Positions 9,702-19,234 of a DNA stretch of 55,654 bases are shown one piece after another; the first letter of the stretch is position 1; the number at the start of each line of letters is the position of its first letter. Origin of the DNA: an uncultured Candidatus Saccharibacteria bacterium (lineage in GTDB: Bacteria; Patescibacteriota; Minisyncoccia; UBA6257; 2-01-FULL-56-20); NCBI GenBank assembly GCA_964467765.1, contig CAYXSS010000004.1, forward strand, positions 1 to 55,654, read 5' to 3'. The notes under the pieces were generated by a model. The model was not told the DNA's origin. It worked only from the letters and a program-made list of their open reading frames with translations, and searched no databases. A program made the translations under genes and the position numbers.

Positions 9702-10963
9702 TGAAATTCATCATTCGCGGCGGCAAAAAATTGAGCGGCGAAATTAAGGTGATGGGCGCAAAAAACGCCGCGCTCAAGGCGATGGCGGCATCGCTTTTGT
9801 TTTCCGGTCCGGTGACGATCGAGAACATTCCGCTCATCGAAGACGTTTTCCGTATGCGCGAATTACTGGAAGATTTAGGCGTGGGAATTGAAATTGGAAA
9901 CAGAACGATGATGATCCGCCCTTCGGAGATAAAAGGATCAAAACTGAAAAACGAAATCGCCGAACGCTTGCGAGCTTCGATTGTGGTTGTTGGGCCGCTT
10001 CTCGCGCGCAAAGGGCAGGCCGTTTTTCCACATCCCGGAGGCTGTGTAATAGGTAAACGGCCAATAGATGTATTTTTGGATGGCTGGCGTGCGATGGGTG
10101 CAAAAATAAAAGAAAACAAACGCGGATTTTTCGTTAAAACAAAAAAGCTTCGCGGCACGGATTTTACGTTTCGCATAGTTTCTGTTACGGGGACGGAAGC
10201 GTTAATGATGACCGCCGTTGCAGCTTGTGGCACGACGGTTCTCCGCAATGCCGCTATGGAGCCGGAAATTTCGGCGCTCGCTGAATTTCTAAACGTCAGC
10301 GGCGCGAAAATTTTTGGAGCCGGTACGCCAACGATAGAAATCAAGGGCAACGGAGGGAAACTCTTGCGCGCCAAGCACCAGATGCGCATCATACCGGACC
10401 GCATCGAGGCCGGCAGTTTCCTTATTTTGGGCGCCGCTCTTGCGAAAAAATTGAAAGTTGCCGGCTGTATTCCCGAACACCTTTCGTCGCTCATAGCATC
10501 GCTTCGGGCCGCTGGTGCCCCCGTCGAAATCGGTAAAGATTGGGTTTCTGTAGGTCGTCCGCACAAAATAAAATCCGTCAGTATTCAGACGAGAGAATAT
10601 CCAGGATTCCCAACGGATCTTCAGGCGCCATTTGCGGTTTTAATGACGCAAGCAGAAGAAGAAAGCGTTGTTTTTGAAACTATTTTTGAAGGACGTTTCG
10701 GTTATGTTGATGAGCTGCGGCGCATGGGAGGAAAAATTTTTGCTTCCGACCAGCATCGCATTGTCGTCAAGGGCCCCGATCATCTCCGTGGCCGGGAAAT
10801 AGAGAGCCCGGATTTGCGAGCTGGACTGGCGCTCGTCATCGCCGCTTTACTTGCCAAAGGCATCTCAACAATAGGAAACATTTATCAGATCGACCGCGGC
10901 TATGAAAAAATAGACGAGCGTTTGAGGCTGCTTGGGGCGCAAATCGAGAGGGTCGCGGTTTGA
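9701..10963 (+). CDS. murA: UDP-N-acetylglucosamine 1-carboxyvinyltransferase
   Basis: GAKNAAL, LRAS, PGGCVIGKRP (active-site Cys), PDRIEAG, YPGFPTDLQ, DLRAG, IDRGYE. Confidence 0.97.
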   Translation: MKFIIRGGKKLSGEIKVMGAKNAALKAMAASLLFSGPVTIENIPLIEDVFRMRELLEDLGVGIEIGNRTMMIRPSEIKGSKLKNEIAERLRASIVVVGPLLARKGQAVFPHPGGCVIGKRPIDVFLDGWRAMGAKIKENKRGFFVKTKKLRGTDFTFRIVSVTGTEALMMTAVAACGTTVLRNAAMEPEISALAEFLNVSGAKIFGAGTPTIEIKGNGGKLLRAKHQMRIIPDRIEAGSFLILGAALAKKLKVAGCIPEHLSSLIASLRAAGAPVEIGKDWVSVGRPHKIKSVSIQTREYPGFPTDLQAPFAVLMTQAEEESVVFETIFEGRFGYVDELRRMGGKIFASDQHRIVVKGPDHLRGREIESPDLRAGLALVIAALLAKGISTIGNIYQIDRGYEKIDERLRLLGAQIERVAV

Positions 10964-10995
10964 CCGTCGATTTGCTCCGTGTTAGCATAAGGTCA

Positions 10996-12003
10996 ATGTT
11001 TACGAAGAAAATCGGCATTGATTTGGGTACGGCCAACACGGTTGTTTTTGTGCCAAGCAAGGGATTTATTATCAACGAGCCGACGATTGTAGCGCTCACC
11101 AAGCCGGAGAATTCCGTGCTGGCCGTTGGCGTGGAAGCGAAAGAAATGATCGGCAGGACGCCGGAAGAAATTATGGCCTACCGGCCGCTCAAAGATGGCG
11201 TTGTCGCCGATTATTATATCACAAAAGCGATGCTTACCTATTTTATTTCCAAAGCCATCGGTTGGCTCAACGTTATCAGACCGGATGTTGTCGTTTCCGT
11301 TCCTGCCGGCATTACGCAGACCGAACGGCGCGCCGTCGTTAATGCTGCCAAGGAAGCCGGAGCAAAAAACGCCTTCATCGTTCGCGAGCCGATTTTGGCC
11401 GCTCTCGGCGCAGGTATTCCCATCAACGCCAGGTCTGGAAACATGATCATCAATATCGGTGGAGGCACGTCCGAAGTGGCTGTGATTTCTTTGGGCAATA
11501 TAGTTTCTTGGACTAGCTTGCGCGTTGCCGGCAATAAATTCGATCAAGCGATCAGCGATTACATAAGAAAGAAATATTCTTTGGCCATTGGCGAACAAAC
11601 CGCCGAAACGATAAAAATCGAGATAGGTTCGGCGCTGCCGACAAAGGAAAAAATGAGCCGTGAAGTAAGGGGTCGCGACCTTATAACAGGATTGCCGAAA
11701 GATGTTGTTATCACTTCCAACGAAATTGCCGAGGCTCTGAACCCGCTGCTTTTGGATATCGCCGGTTCGATACAGAATGTTTTCAACGAAACGCCGCCGG
11801 AACTTGTTGCCGATATTATGGAAAAAGGAATTATTCTTTCCGGCGGCAGCGCCCAGCTTCACAACTTGCCGGAATTTTTCCAAAGATTTTTGGGCGTGGA
11901 AAATTATATCGCCGAAGATCCGCTTTTCTGCGTGGCCAAGGGAACGGGTTTGATTTTGGATCACCTCGATACATATAAGCGTACATTGCTCAACAAAAGG
12001 TAA
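10996..12003 (+). CDS. mreB: rod shape-determining protein MreB
   Basis: IGIDLGTANT, RPLKDGV, TERRAV, IGGGT, GGSAQL, PLFCVAKG; probable start ATG 10996. Confidence 0.95.
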   Translation: MFTKKIGIDLGTANTVVFVPSKGFIINEPTIVALTKPENSVLAVGVEAKEMIGRTPEEIMAYRPLKDGVVADYYITKAMLTYFISKAIGWLNVIRPDVVVSVPAGITQTERRAVVNAAKEAGAKNAFIVREPILAALGAGIPINARSGNMIINIGGGTSEVAVISLGNIVSWTSLRVAGNKFDQAISDYIRKKYSLAIGEQTAETIKIEIGSALPTKEKMSREVRGRDLITGLPKDVVITSNEIAEALNPLLLDIAGSIQNVFNETPPELVADIMEKGIILSGGSAQLHNLPEFFQRFLGVENYIAEDPLFCVAKGTGLILDHLDTYKRTLLNKR

Positions 12004-12078
12004 AGATTATGAAGTACGAAGCGTAAAACACGGAAGCCGGAGAAATGGCAACAACCCGCGTTTTACAAGCCAAGTTTT

Positions 12079-12918
12079 ATGAATATTGTTGGTCACGACA
12101 ATGTAATCGAAAGCTTGAAGCGGCTAGCGAAAAATAAAACGCTTTCGCACGGCTACCTTTTTTATGGTCCGGCGATGGTTGGGAAGTGTTTGGTTGCGAA
12201 GTCGCTGGCAGGTTTTTTAGAAAACGGCGAATTTCATGCCACAGATATTTTAGTTGACGGAAAAGTTATCGCTCCGAACGATAAAGAAACCATAGGCATA
12301 GATGCCGTAAGGGAAATAAAAAATTTTTTATGGCAGAAACCGATAAAAAGCGAGAGACGGACGGTTGTTATAGATCGGGGAGAGAAAATGACAGCCGAGG
12401 CGCAAAACGCGCTCCTTAAAATCGCTGAAGAACCCCCGGCTTCTTCGCTTCTTATTCTTGTTGCGTCAGATGGGAAAGCGATTTTCCAGACGCTTGCTTC
12501 GCGCCTGGAGAAGTTTTATTTCCCAACCGTTAAAGAAAAGAAAATTTTTGCCTGGCTCAAAGACGAGCTCAAAATCAAAAGCGAAGAGGCCCGAAAGTTC
12601 GCTCGCGCCTCCTTTGGCGCCCCCGGCCTCGCCCTTTCTTTGAAAAACGACAAAAAATTTACTGATTTATTGCGCACAGCGGAAAAATTTTTAAAATTAA
12701 AATCGGGCAGAAAAGAGTTCATTAAAGATTTGATTGACGAAAAAGATTTCAAGTTCAGCAAATTTATCGACGCAGTTATTTTTTGCTTGGCCTCGGAGCC
12801 AAAAACGATGCCGACCTCTTTGTGGCACAGATTACTGGAACTCAGAAAAAGAAACGAAGATTTTTCTTTGAATCCTCGTTTGCAGCTGGAGAATTTAAAT
12901 ATTTCTAGGTATAAATAA
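12079..12918 (+). CDS. holB: DNA polymerase III delta' subunit
   Basis: IVGH..HGYLFYGP..VGK, IGIDAVR, MTAEAQNALLKIAEEPP, TLASR. Confidence 0.88.
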   Translation: MNIVGHDNVIESLKRLAKNKTLSHGYLFYGPAMVGKCLVAKSLAGFLENGEFHATDILVDGKVIAPNDKETIGIDAVREIKNFLWQKPIKSERRTVVIDRGEKMTAEAQNALLKIAEEPPASSLLILVASDGKAIFQTLASRLEKFYFPTVKEKKIFAWLKDELKIKSEEARKFARASFGAPGLALSLKNDKKFTDLLRTAEKFLKLKSGRKEFIKDLIDEKDFKFSKFIDAVIFCLASEPKTMPTSLWHRLLELRKRNEDFSLNPRLQLENLNISRYK

Positions 12919-12921
12919 TTT

Positions 12922-13485
12922 ATGCCATCGAACGCAGAACAACACCTCAAAGAACTGGAAAGTTCGCTGAAAGCGATAAAAGAAAAACTCGGAGAAGAGT
13001 TGCGGGCCATAAGAGGCAGCAGGCCGTCTGTTGATTTGCTGCAAGGTATCAAAGTAAATTATTATGGCCAGGAAATGCCTGTTAAGCAGCTTGGATCGCT
13101 TAGCGTTTTGCCGCCGCGCAGTATTCAGATAAGCGTTTGGGACAAGAATGCCGTAGGCCCCGTGGTTAAGGCCATCGAAAACGCAAAAATAGGTCTCTCG
13201 GTAACAAACGATGGCCAAAATGTTATTGCCACCCTTTCGCCTCTGATGGCCGAGAGGCGTGACGAGCTAACAAAACTTGTAAAGAAAAATGCCGAGGTCG
13301 CCCGCATCCAAGTTCGTGCTCGGCGCGACGAAACAATTAAAAAACTGAAAGACGCCGAAGGTAAGAAAGAAATGACGGAAGACGAGGTTTTTAAAACCAA
13401 AGAAAAAATCCAGAAAGCGGTGGATGATGCGAATAAGCAGATTGAGACACTGGTGGACGGAAAACTGAAAGAATTAGGAGAATAA
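12922..13485 (+). CDS. frr: ribosome recycling factor
   Basis: IRGSRPS, VNYYG, ISVWDK, ERRDELTK, RARRD. Confidence 0.95.
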   Translation: MPSNAEQHLKELESSLKAIKEKLGEELRAIRGSRPSVDLLQGIKVNYYGQEMPVKQLGSLSVLPPRSIQISVWDKNAVGPVVKAIENAKIGLSVTNDGQNVIATLSPLMAERRDELTKLVKKNAEVARIQVRARRDETIKKLKDAEGKKEMTEDEVFKTKEKIQKAVDDANKQIETLVDGKLKELGE

Positions 13486-14510
13486 TGGTCATATTTTTAA
13501 TAGTGGTAATCGGACTTTCCGTTTTGATTCTTGGCCATGAAGCCGGGCATTTTTTCGCCGCCAAGCTTTTTGGCATCAAGGTGGACGAATTCGGCTTCGG
13601 TTTTCCGCCGAGAATTTTTGGCCGCAAGAAAGGAGAGACCGAATATAGCCTAAACTGGCTGCCGTTCGGCGGTTTTGTTAAAATTGCCGGCGAGTATCAG
13701 GAAGAGGCTGTTCGCGAGGAAGATAGAAAAAAATTGTTCCTTTTTCAGCCGCTGTGGAAAAAAATCACAGTTGTTGCCGCCGGTGTTTTTATGAATTTCG
13801 TTCTCGGTTGGATTCTTTTGTCTGTGGTTTTGATGATCGGTTTGCCAACTGCCTTGCTTGTGGATAAAGTACAACCAAACTCTCCGGCAGAGACTGCGGG
13901 AATTAAAAACGGCGATATTATCACAGGATTTACGAGCGCCAATGATTTTATAAATTTCATTAACGGAAACAAAGGTAAAGAAATAAATTTGAAATTGAGG
14001 CGAGGGAATGAAAATATTGCCGTTCGCGCCACGCCGAGGGTTGTGATTTCTCCTAGAGAAGGGGCTTTGGGCGTATTTTTCGCCGAAGGCGGGGAAGAGA
14101 AGCGCGGGTTTTTCCCGGCTATCGCTGAAGGCTTGCGCCGTTCTTTTTTGATTTTTTATAAAACGGCAATCGGACTATTTGCGCTCGTCAAAAATTTATT
14201 AATCCGCGGTTCGCTTCTTGACGGCGTAGTCGGTCCAGTGGGAATTTTTACCGTTGCTTATAATACCGGCGGCTTGGGGCTTGCATATCTTGGTGAGCTG
14301 ATGGCTTTAATTTCTTTGAATCTTACGATTGTAAATCTTATTCCTTTTCCCGCTCTCGACGGAGGAAGGCTTTTGCTTTTCTTAGTTGAAAAAATCAAAG
14401 GCTCTCCACTGCCCCGCAAGTTCGAAACATATACAAATGCCGTCGGCTTTGCCATTCTTTTGGCTCTTATGATATTGCTTACGGTTCGCGACGTTGGCGG
14501 ACTATTATGA
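13485..14510 (+). CDS. rseP: RIP/site-2 metalloprotease RseP (M50, PDZ)
   Basis: HEAGH, GFGFPP, LPFGGFVK, PDZ (PNSPAETAGI), NLIPFPALDGG. Confidence 0.93.
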   Translation: MVIFLIVVIGLSVLILGHEAGHFFAAKLFGIKVDEFGFGFPPRIFGRKKGETEYSLNWLPFGGFVKIAGEYQEEAVREEDRKKLFLFQPLWKKITVVAAGVFMNFVLGWILLSVVLMIGLPTALLVDKVQPNSPAETAGIKNGDIITGFTSANDFINFINGNKGKEINLKLRRGNENIAVRATPRVVISPREGALGVFFAEGGEEKRGFFPAIAEGLRRSFLIFYKTAIGLFALVKNLLIRGSLLDGVVGPVGIFTVAYNTGGLGLAYLGELMALISLNLTIVNLIPFPALDGGRLLLFLVEKIKGSPLPRKFETYTNAVGFAILLALMILLTVRDVGGLL

Positions 14511-14539
14511 AAACCCGCACTTCGAGTGCGGGATATCTT

Positions 14540-14851
14540 TCATTTTTTAAGAATGTAGGTCCAGGCTGTTCTGCCGCTCTTGAGACGGACGGTCATCCTT
14601 ATGTAATAGCCCCCTTCGTACCGATCGGTTTTTGCGAGTATTGCTTCGTTAACCACAAGAACACTTCCGTGGATTTCATCTCCTGCAGAAAACACTGCAG
14701 CTAAATACGACTTGCCGTCTACCCGGATTTTTTCCGTTTTGTAATCAGGCAAGACGTCAGGGCTTTGTTTTAAAGTTTTTCTGAATAATCGTTTTTGTAC
14801 GGATCGCAGCATGAGCGTGCCGTAGCCAAAAAGATTATGGGTCTTTGTCAT
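14540..14851 (-). CDS. gamma-glutamylcyclotransferase (AIG2-like) family protein
   Basis: LFGYGTL N-terminal motif, DRYEG, AWTY; overlaps the iscU stop. Confidence 0.85.
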   Translation of the reverse strand: MTKTHNLFGYGTLMLRSVQKRLFRKTLKQSPDVLPDYKTEKIRVDGKSYLAAVFSAGDEIHGSVLVVNEAILAKTDRYEGGYYIRMTVRLKSGRTAWTYILKK

Positions 14852-15359
14852 GCCCCGCCTTGTTTTTCTTTTTCCAGTCAGCTATTGCTGCGCGGATGGC
14901 GTCTTCGGCTAGTACCGAACAGTGAATTTTTACTGGCGGCAGGCTAAGTTCGCGGACAATGTCGGTATTTTTGATTGTAAGCCCCTCTTCCACGGTTTTG
15001 CCCTTCAGCCATTCGGTAGCTAGCGAGCTAGAAGCGATAGCTGATCCACAGCCGAAGGTTTTGAATTTTGCATCTTCAATAAGGTCTATTTCTTCAACCA
15101 CCAGATTTTCATTGTTGTTGCAAAATGGGCATACTTGGATTGGCTCGCCGGTAGATTCAGCCGCTCCTAATTCCGTGCTCCAGTTACATTTTCTGCAGAG
15201 AACTTTCGTTTTGTGTTGAATCTTAACCTGTAATTTCATTACGTCGCCGCATTCCGGGGCACCGACAAGACCAGTGCCAACGTCAACGCTATCTTTTGGC
15301 AGAGACCCAACGTTTCTTGGGTTTTGGTAGTGATCCAAAACTTTGTCCGAGTAGGCCAC
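14835..15359 (-). CDS. iscU: Fe-S scaffold IscU with internal Zn-ribbon-like insertion
   Basis: MAYSDKVLDHYQNPRNVGS, GAPECGDVMKLQ, FKTFGCGSAIASSS, LPPVKIHCSVLAEDA; extra CRKC..CPFC segment. Confidence 0.93.
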   Translation of the reverse strand: MAYSDKVLDHYQNPRNVGSLPKDSVDVGTGLVGAPECGDVMKLQVKIQHKTKVLCRKCNWSTELGAAESTGEPIQVCPFCNNNENLVVEEIDLIEDAKFKTFGCGSAIASSSLATEWLKGKTVEEGLTIKNTDIVRELSLPPVKIHCSVLAEDAIRAAIADWKKKNKAGHDKDP

Positions 15360-15388
15360 GATGATCCTCTTTTGAAGATGCTAAAACT

Positions 15389-15417
15389 ATTCTACACGAG
15401 CCCCAGTCGTTGCGCAA
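15389..15417 (-). promoter_or_regulatory. sigma70 promoter for iscU
   Basis: Minus strand TTGCGC-17 nt-TAGAAT; AGAGGA Shine-Dalgarno 5 nt before the GTG start. Confidence 0.6.
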
Positions 15418-15419
15418 AG

Positions 15420-17237
15420 TTAGCGAGCTAACTTCACCACCGCCTTCGCAAAATCCCAAAATTCCGGATGGTTCTGGGTTTTTTTGAGCCACCACCACCA
15501 TTCGGCGCCCCAAAGATAATACTCATCGAACCCTGCTGCCTTTGCGTATTCGATCGTGCTTCTGAAGAAATCGAGATCGAAAGCGCGGAATTGTTCATCG
15601 AGGGTTGCCGAGCGCAGGGCTTTGTCGAGCCATGGTTCGGCGCCCAACTCGACGACAATGTATCTCTTTTTATAATCACGCGTGATAAAGCGCGAAAACT
15701 GTTCCTTGAAGCGGAAGAATTCGGGTGTCAGAGGATATTGTATGTATCCGAAAATTTTGTTTTGCACCTTTCTGTAAATTGATGTTCCGAAAACGTCTCC
15801 TTTGGACGCGGAGACGAACCAGATGCTTAACTCGCCGCTGTCGCTGATTAAGACCGGATGTGCCGGATCGATTTTTTTTACCAACCCTATCTCTTCGTCC
15901 AAAAGATCGCTGTTAAACCTGGGACAAATACCGAACGGCAGAAACGGTTCGTTTTCTATTTGCCAATATCGAAGAGCCGGACTGTTTTTGTAGCGTTCGA
16001 CTGTCCTTGATATATAGTCGAACACAACCATTTTCAGCTCCTTATCGTTCAAATCGTTTGTCCAGCCCGGGAAGTAACATTCTGGCCAGCGCGGAACTTT
16101 TTGTCCCACGGCGAGAATAACTTTGCCACCAGCTTTTTCTGCGGACTGCATTTGCCAATCTAGATCGGAGAAATCAAAAGTGCCGTTTTGCGGCTCGACT
16201 TTATCCCAATAAGCGACTAGCCGAAGATTCTTTATGCCCAAGTCGTCGAGAATGGCTTTATAGTTTTCTTTCCAATCAAGACCCATCGACTCGGAAAATT
16301 TTTGAGAAAACGTTACACCCCATGTAACCTGGCGCAGGGGAGCGGGGGAGTTGTTGGCTAAGTAATTGTTTATGCCAAGAATCGTGGTTCCGAAAACGAT
16401 GGCAACGACAGCGGTTATTTTACCGAAAAGCGCGTGGCCGTGAAATTTTTCCTTTAAAATCAGCCAGCCGCCCAGAAAAATAAAAACATACTCAAGGTTA
16501 ACCGTGGCATCGACGAGCGACGGCGGGCCAAGAACAAGCGAGTAATTTACGGCAAACGAGCCGAGGCCGGCCAGCGCCCGATTCAAAACGTAAGCAGTCT
16601 TATGTTTGAATTTTATTTCGGATCTGGAACGCAATATTTTCTTCCGTAGGTTTTTTGGTACAAGGAACAGGAGTGCTACGGCCGCGGCGCCTATTTTTAT
16701 CCAAAAAAACCCAGTTACAAAATTCGTGGAAAGAAAAATTATCTTTGAAACAACGCTTACAATGCTTAAAAGAAGGGCGCTTGCTACGGCAAGATAAAAC
16801 ATCTTTAAGCGCAGGTGTTTTTCCTCCGTTAAAAAAAGCGTTGCGCCGCCGATAGAAAGAATAAAGAACGCCGCAATTTCCAGAGTGTTTAAATTTTTCC
16901 CCAAAGCGAAAGAGCTTAGTATTACTGTAAATATGGGCGTGAGGGCCCCTATGAGGATCAACGCTCTTGAGGCCTCGCCTTCAAAAAGCGCAAGAAAATA
17001 AAAGAGTATGGCAAATGTAAAAAGCGCGCCGCCAAGCAATGCCAGGGCGATAATTTCTCCCGAAGATCTTGTAAATCCAAACGGCAGAAGAAATACCGAA
17101 GCCAATCCGATAATTGTCAGCCAAAAAGTATAACCCCACGGATTGGGAAACGATTTTTTAAGAAGGATCTTGTCGGCAACCGCCGAGCTTCCAAGAATAA
17201 GCCTCCCCAGCAGAGCGAAGTTGAGCCAATTTGTCAT
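15420..17237 (-). CDS. EamA/DMT transporter fused to a clan GH-A glycoside hydrolase domain
   Basis: ~10 TM helices in two repeats (aa 1-290), then LRLVAYWDKVEP..FDFSDLDW, GQKVPRWPEC, WQIENEP, VELGAEPW, LWGAEWW. Confidence 0.8.
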   Translation of the reverse strand: MTNWLNFALLGRLILGSSAVADKILLKKSFPNPWGYTFWLTIIGLASVFLLPFGFTRSSGEIIALALLGGALFTFAILFYFLALFEGEASRALILIGALTPIFTVILSSFALGKNLNTLEIAAFFILSIGGATLFLTEEKHLRLKMFYLAVASALLLSIVSVVSKIIFLSTNFVTGFFWIKIGAAAVALLFLVPKNLRKKILRSRSEIKFKHKTAYVLNRALAGLGSFAVNYSLVLGPPSLVDATVNLEYVFIFLGGWLILKEKFHGHALFGKITAVVAIVFGTTILGINNYLANNSPAPLRQVTWGVTFSQKFSESMGLDWKENYKAILDDLGIKNLRLVAYWDKVEPQNGTFDFSDLDWQMQSAEKAGGKVILAVGQKVPRWPECYFPGWTNDLNDKELKMVVFDYISRTVERYKNSPALRYWQIENEPFLPFGICPRFNSDLLDEEIGLVKKIDPAHPVLISDSGELSIWFVSASKGDVFGTSIYRKVQNKIFGYIQYPLTPEFFRFKEQFSRFITRDYKKRYIVVELGAEPWLDKALRSATLDEQFRAFDLDFFRSTIEYAKAAGFDEYYLWGAEWWWWLKKTQNHPEFWDFAKAVVKLAR

Positions 17238-18478
17238 ATATTGGGCCAGGTTTCGATAAGCTTTTTATATTCCCACGCGCTCGGCCTTATCTTTCTCTCC
17301 ATTGTTTTATAGTTTACTTCAATCAACCCGAAGCGCGGCCAAAATCCTTTATCCCATTCGAAATTATCCAAGAGAGACCAATAAAAATATCCGCGCACGT
17401 CAATGCCTTCGCCCAAGGCTTTTTTGATCCAGAGGAGATGGTCTTTAATAAAATTCGCTCGCAGAATATCGCGCCCGTCGGCAACGCCGTTCTCCGTTAT
17501 ATAAATCGGTTTTTTATAATTTGAAAGTTTTTTGAGCAAATGATAAATTCCTTCTGGATAAATTTCCCAGCCAACATCGGAAACGGCATTGCGACCATCC
17601 ATGATTTCTTTTGACGGAAATTGCATTTTGAAATGGAAGTAATAGTGGATGGTCAGAAAGTCGTTGTATTTTTTGCCCACGAGCCACAAGAAGAAAAAGT
17701 TGGACCGGAATTCTCTGTAGAATGCGGTCAACATGTCGAAAGGGTTTTTACTCGATGTTTCGATATGCAAAAGAAGATTGCCGAAGCCTGCTTGCGCATC
17801 CCCGTCTATTTCATGTATTGCTTTGTATGCATTTTTATGTGCTCTGGTCAGTTGTATAAAAGAACGGATAGCCGAAAAAAAATTCGCTTTTTGCGGTGGC
17901 CATTTGCCGACATAGTAGGAGTTATACACTATCGCCGTCGGCTCGTTCATGGTCAGCCAAAATTTTACGTCATTTTTTAGCGCCCGAACGATGCAACTCG
18001 AAAATCTGGAAAAATATTCTGGAAATTTTTTATTGTGCAGGCCGCCTTTTTTCGCAAGCCAGACGGGCAGTGTCCAATGCCAAAGCGTAACAAATGGCTC
18101 CAGGCCGCGCTCGCGCAACGCTTTTACGACCTCTTTGTAATGACCGATTTCTTTTTCGTCGAATTTTCCCTCTTCCGGTTCGATGCGCGACCACTCGATT
18201 GAGAAGCGATGAGCGTTGTGGCCCAATTTTTTGGCGACGTCAAAATCTTCCTTAAAACGACTATAATGTTCGCAGGCCTTGCCCGACAAATAATTTTCTT
18301 TCTGCAGGGGGCTTGGTCCTCCGGCTGGCGGATTTAAAATGAAATCCGGCCAATTTTTGGCCGAGGCTTCTTTGACAATCCGGTCGGCATTACTTTTTTC
18401 CCACTCCGACCAATCGTTGCGATTGCTGCCTTCTACTTGGTGGGCGGAAGTGGCAGCCCCGAATAGGAATTTACCCAT
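17234..18478 (-). CDS. glycoside hydrolase family 1 (beta-glucosidase-like)
   Basis: FLFGAATSAHQVEG, HRFSIEWSRIEP, TMNEP acid/base, ITENG nucleophile, WSLLDNFEW. Confidence 0.95.
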   Translation of the reverse strand: MGKFLFGAATSAHQVEGSNRNDWSEWEKSNADRIVKEASAKNWPDFILNPPAGGPSPLQKENYLSGKACEHYSRFKEDFDVAKKLGHNAHRFSIEWSRIEPEEGKFDEKEIGHYKEVVKALRERGLEPFVTLWHWTLPVWLAKKGGLHNKKFPEYFSRFSSCIVRALKNDVKFWLTMNEPTAIVYNSYYVGKWPPQKANFFSAIRSFIQLTRAHKNAYKAIHEIDGDAQAGFGNLLLHIETSSKNPFDMLTAFYREFRSNFFFLWLVGKKYNDFLTIHYYFHFKMQFPSKEIMDGRNAVSDVGWEIYPEGIYHLLKKLSNYKKPIYITENGVADGRDILRANFIKDHLLWIKKALGEGIDVRGYFYWSLLDNFEWDKGFWPRFGLIEVNYKTMERKIRPSAWEYKKLIETWPNI

Positions 18479-18543
18479 AATTCGATTATAACCCGTGGCT
18501 ATTATTCACAAGCCCCCCGACGATTTTTGCTACAATTTTTATC

Positions 18544-19140
18544 ATGGTAACCGGAAGGAATCCGCGGGAAAATTTTGCAAGAAAAGGTTTTACGATAATG
18601 GAGTTGCTAATAGTTATTGCCATAATCGCCGTTTTGACCATGGCGGTAATTTTATATATTGATCCCATAGAATCGTTACGAGCGTCGCGTGATTCCACAA
18701 GACTTAACGACATCGATTCTTTGCGGAAGGCGATTACTTTTTACGTTGCCGATTTGCAAAATCCGGAAATGGGGACATCGACAGTGTGTTATATTGGAAA
18801 CTCAATTGGTCCGAGCCTCGCCGGTTGTCAGCAATATTTCCAAACAGCAACTGCTGTCGCTACGAATACCAGTATCGATCTTAACGGAGCGGGCTGGGTA
18901 CCAATAGATTTCCGCCAGATAAGCACCGGTTTGCCGCTTGATCGCTTGCCGGTGGACCCCAAGGGCGTCAACGACCCCGATTATTTCTATTCATACATAG
19001 TAGCAACCAATTCTACGTTTAAGCTGGCGGCAAAAATGGAAAGTAAATTATACGGCTTTGGCGGAGCAAGAGACGTTGTTTCGACAGATGGCGGAATTTC
19101 TACCACCACGTATGAAACGGGAACAGACATTGCTTTATAG
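18544..19140 (+). CDS. type IV pilin-like protein
   Basis: Class III signal KG|FTIMELLIVIAIIAVL, RDSTRLND helix, LPVDP motif, Cys pair; extended -10 TGCTACAAT at 18528-18536. Confidence 0.9.
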   Translation: MVTGRNPRENFARKGFTIMELLIVIAIIAVLTMAVILYIDPIESLRASRDSTRLNDIDSLRKAITFYVADLQNPEMGTSTVCYIGNSIGPSLAGCQQYFQTATAVATNTSIDLNGAGWVPIDFRQISTGLPLDRLPVDPKGVNDPDYFYSYIVATNSTFKLAAKMESKLYGFGGARDVVSTDGGISTTTYETGTDIAL

Positions 19141-19165
19141 TTAAAGATCGCCAAAAACCGCGCCT

Positions 19166-19192
19166 AATGACCGCCTTGCTGCGGTCGTTTTT
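19166..19192 (+). terminator. intrinsic terminator after the pilin gene
   Basis: AATGACCGC-CTTGCT-GCGGTCGTT followed by Ts, between convergent genes. Confidence 0.55.
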
Positions 19193-19234
19193 CTTGGAAA
19201 AGAGGCAGGGGGACGGCAGTGCGATCGCTTAAAA

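Noticed and set aside
11440-11470. MreB NIGGGT instead of the usual DIGGGT
   Set aside because: A single substitution whose significance cannot be judged without an alignment
9580-11964. Long antisense ORFs (328 aa and 323 aa) opposite murA and mreB, and similarly 3558..4400
   Set aside because: Shadows of well-conserved plus-strand genes with no recognisable motifs
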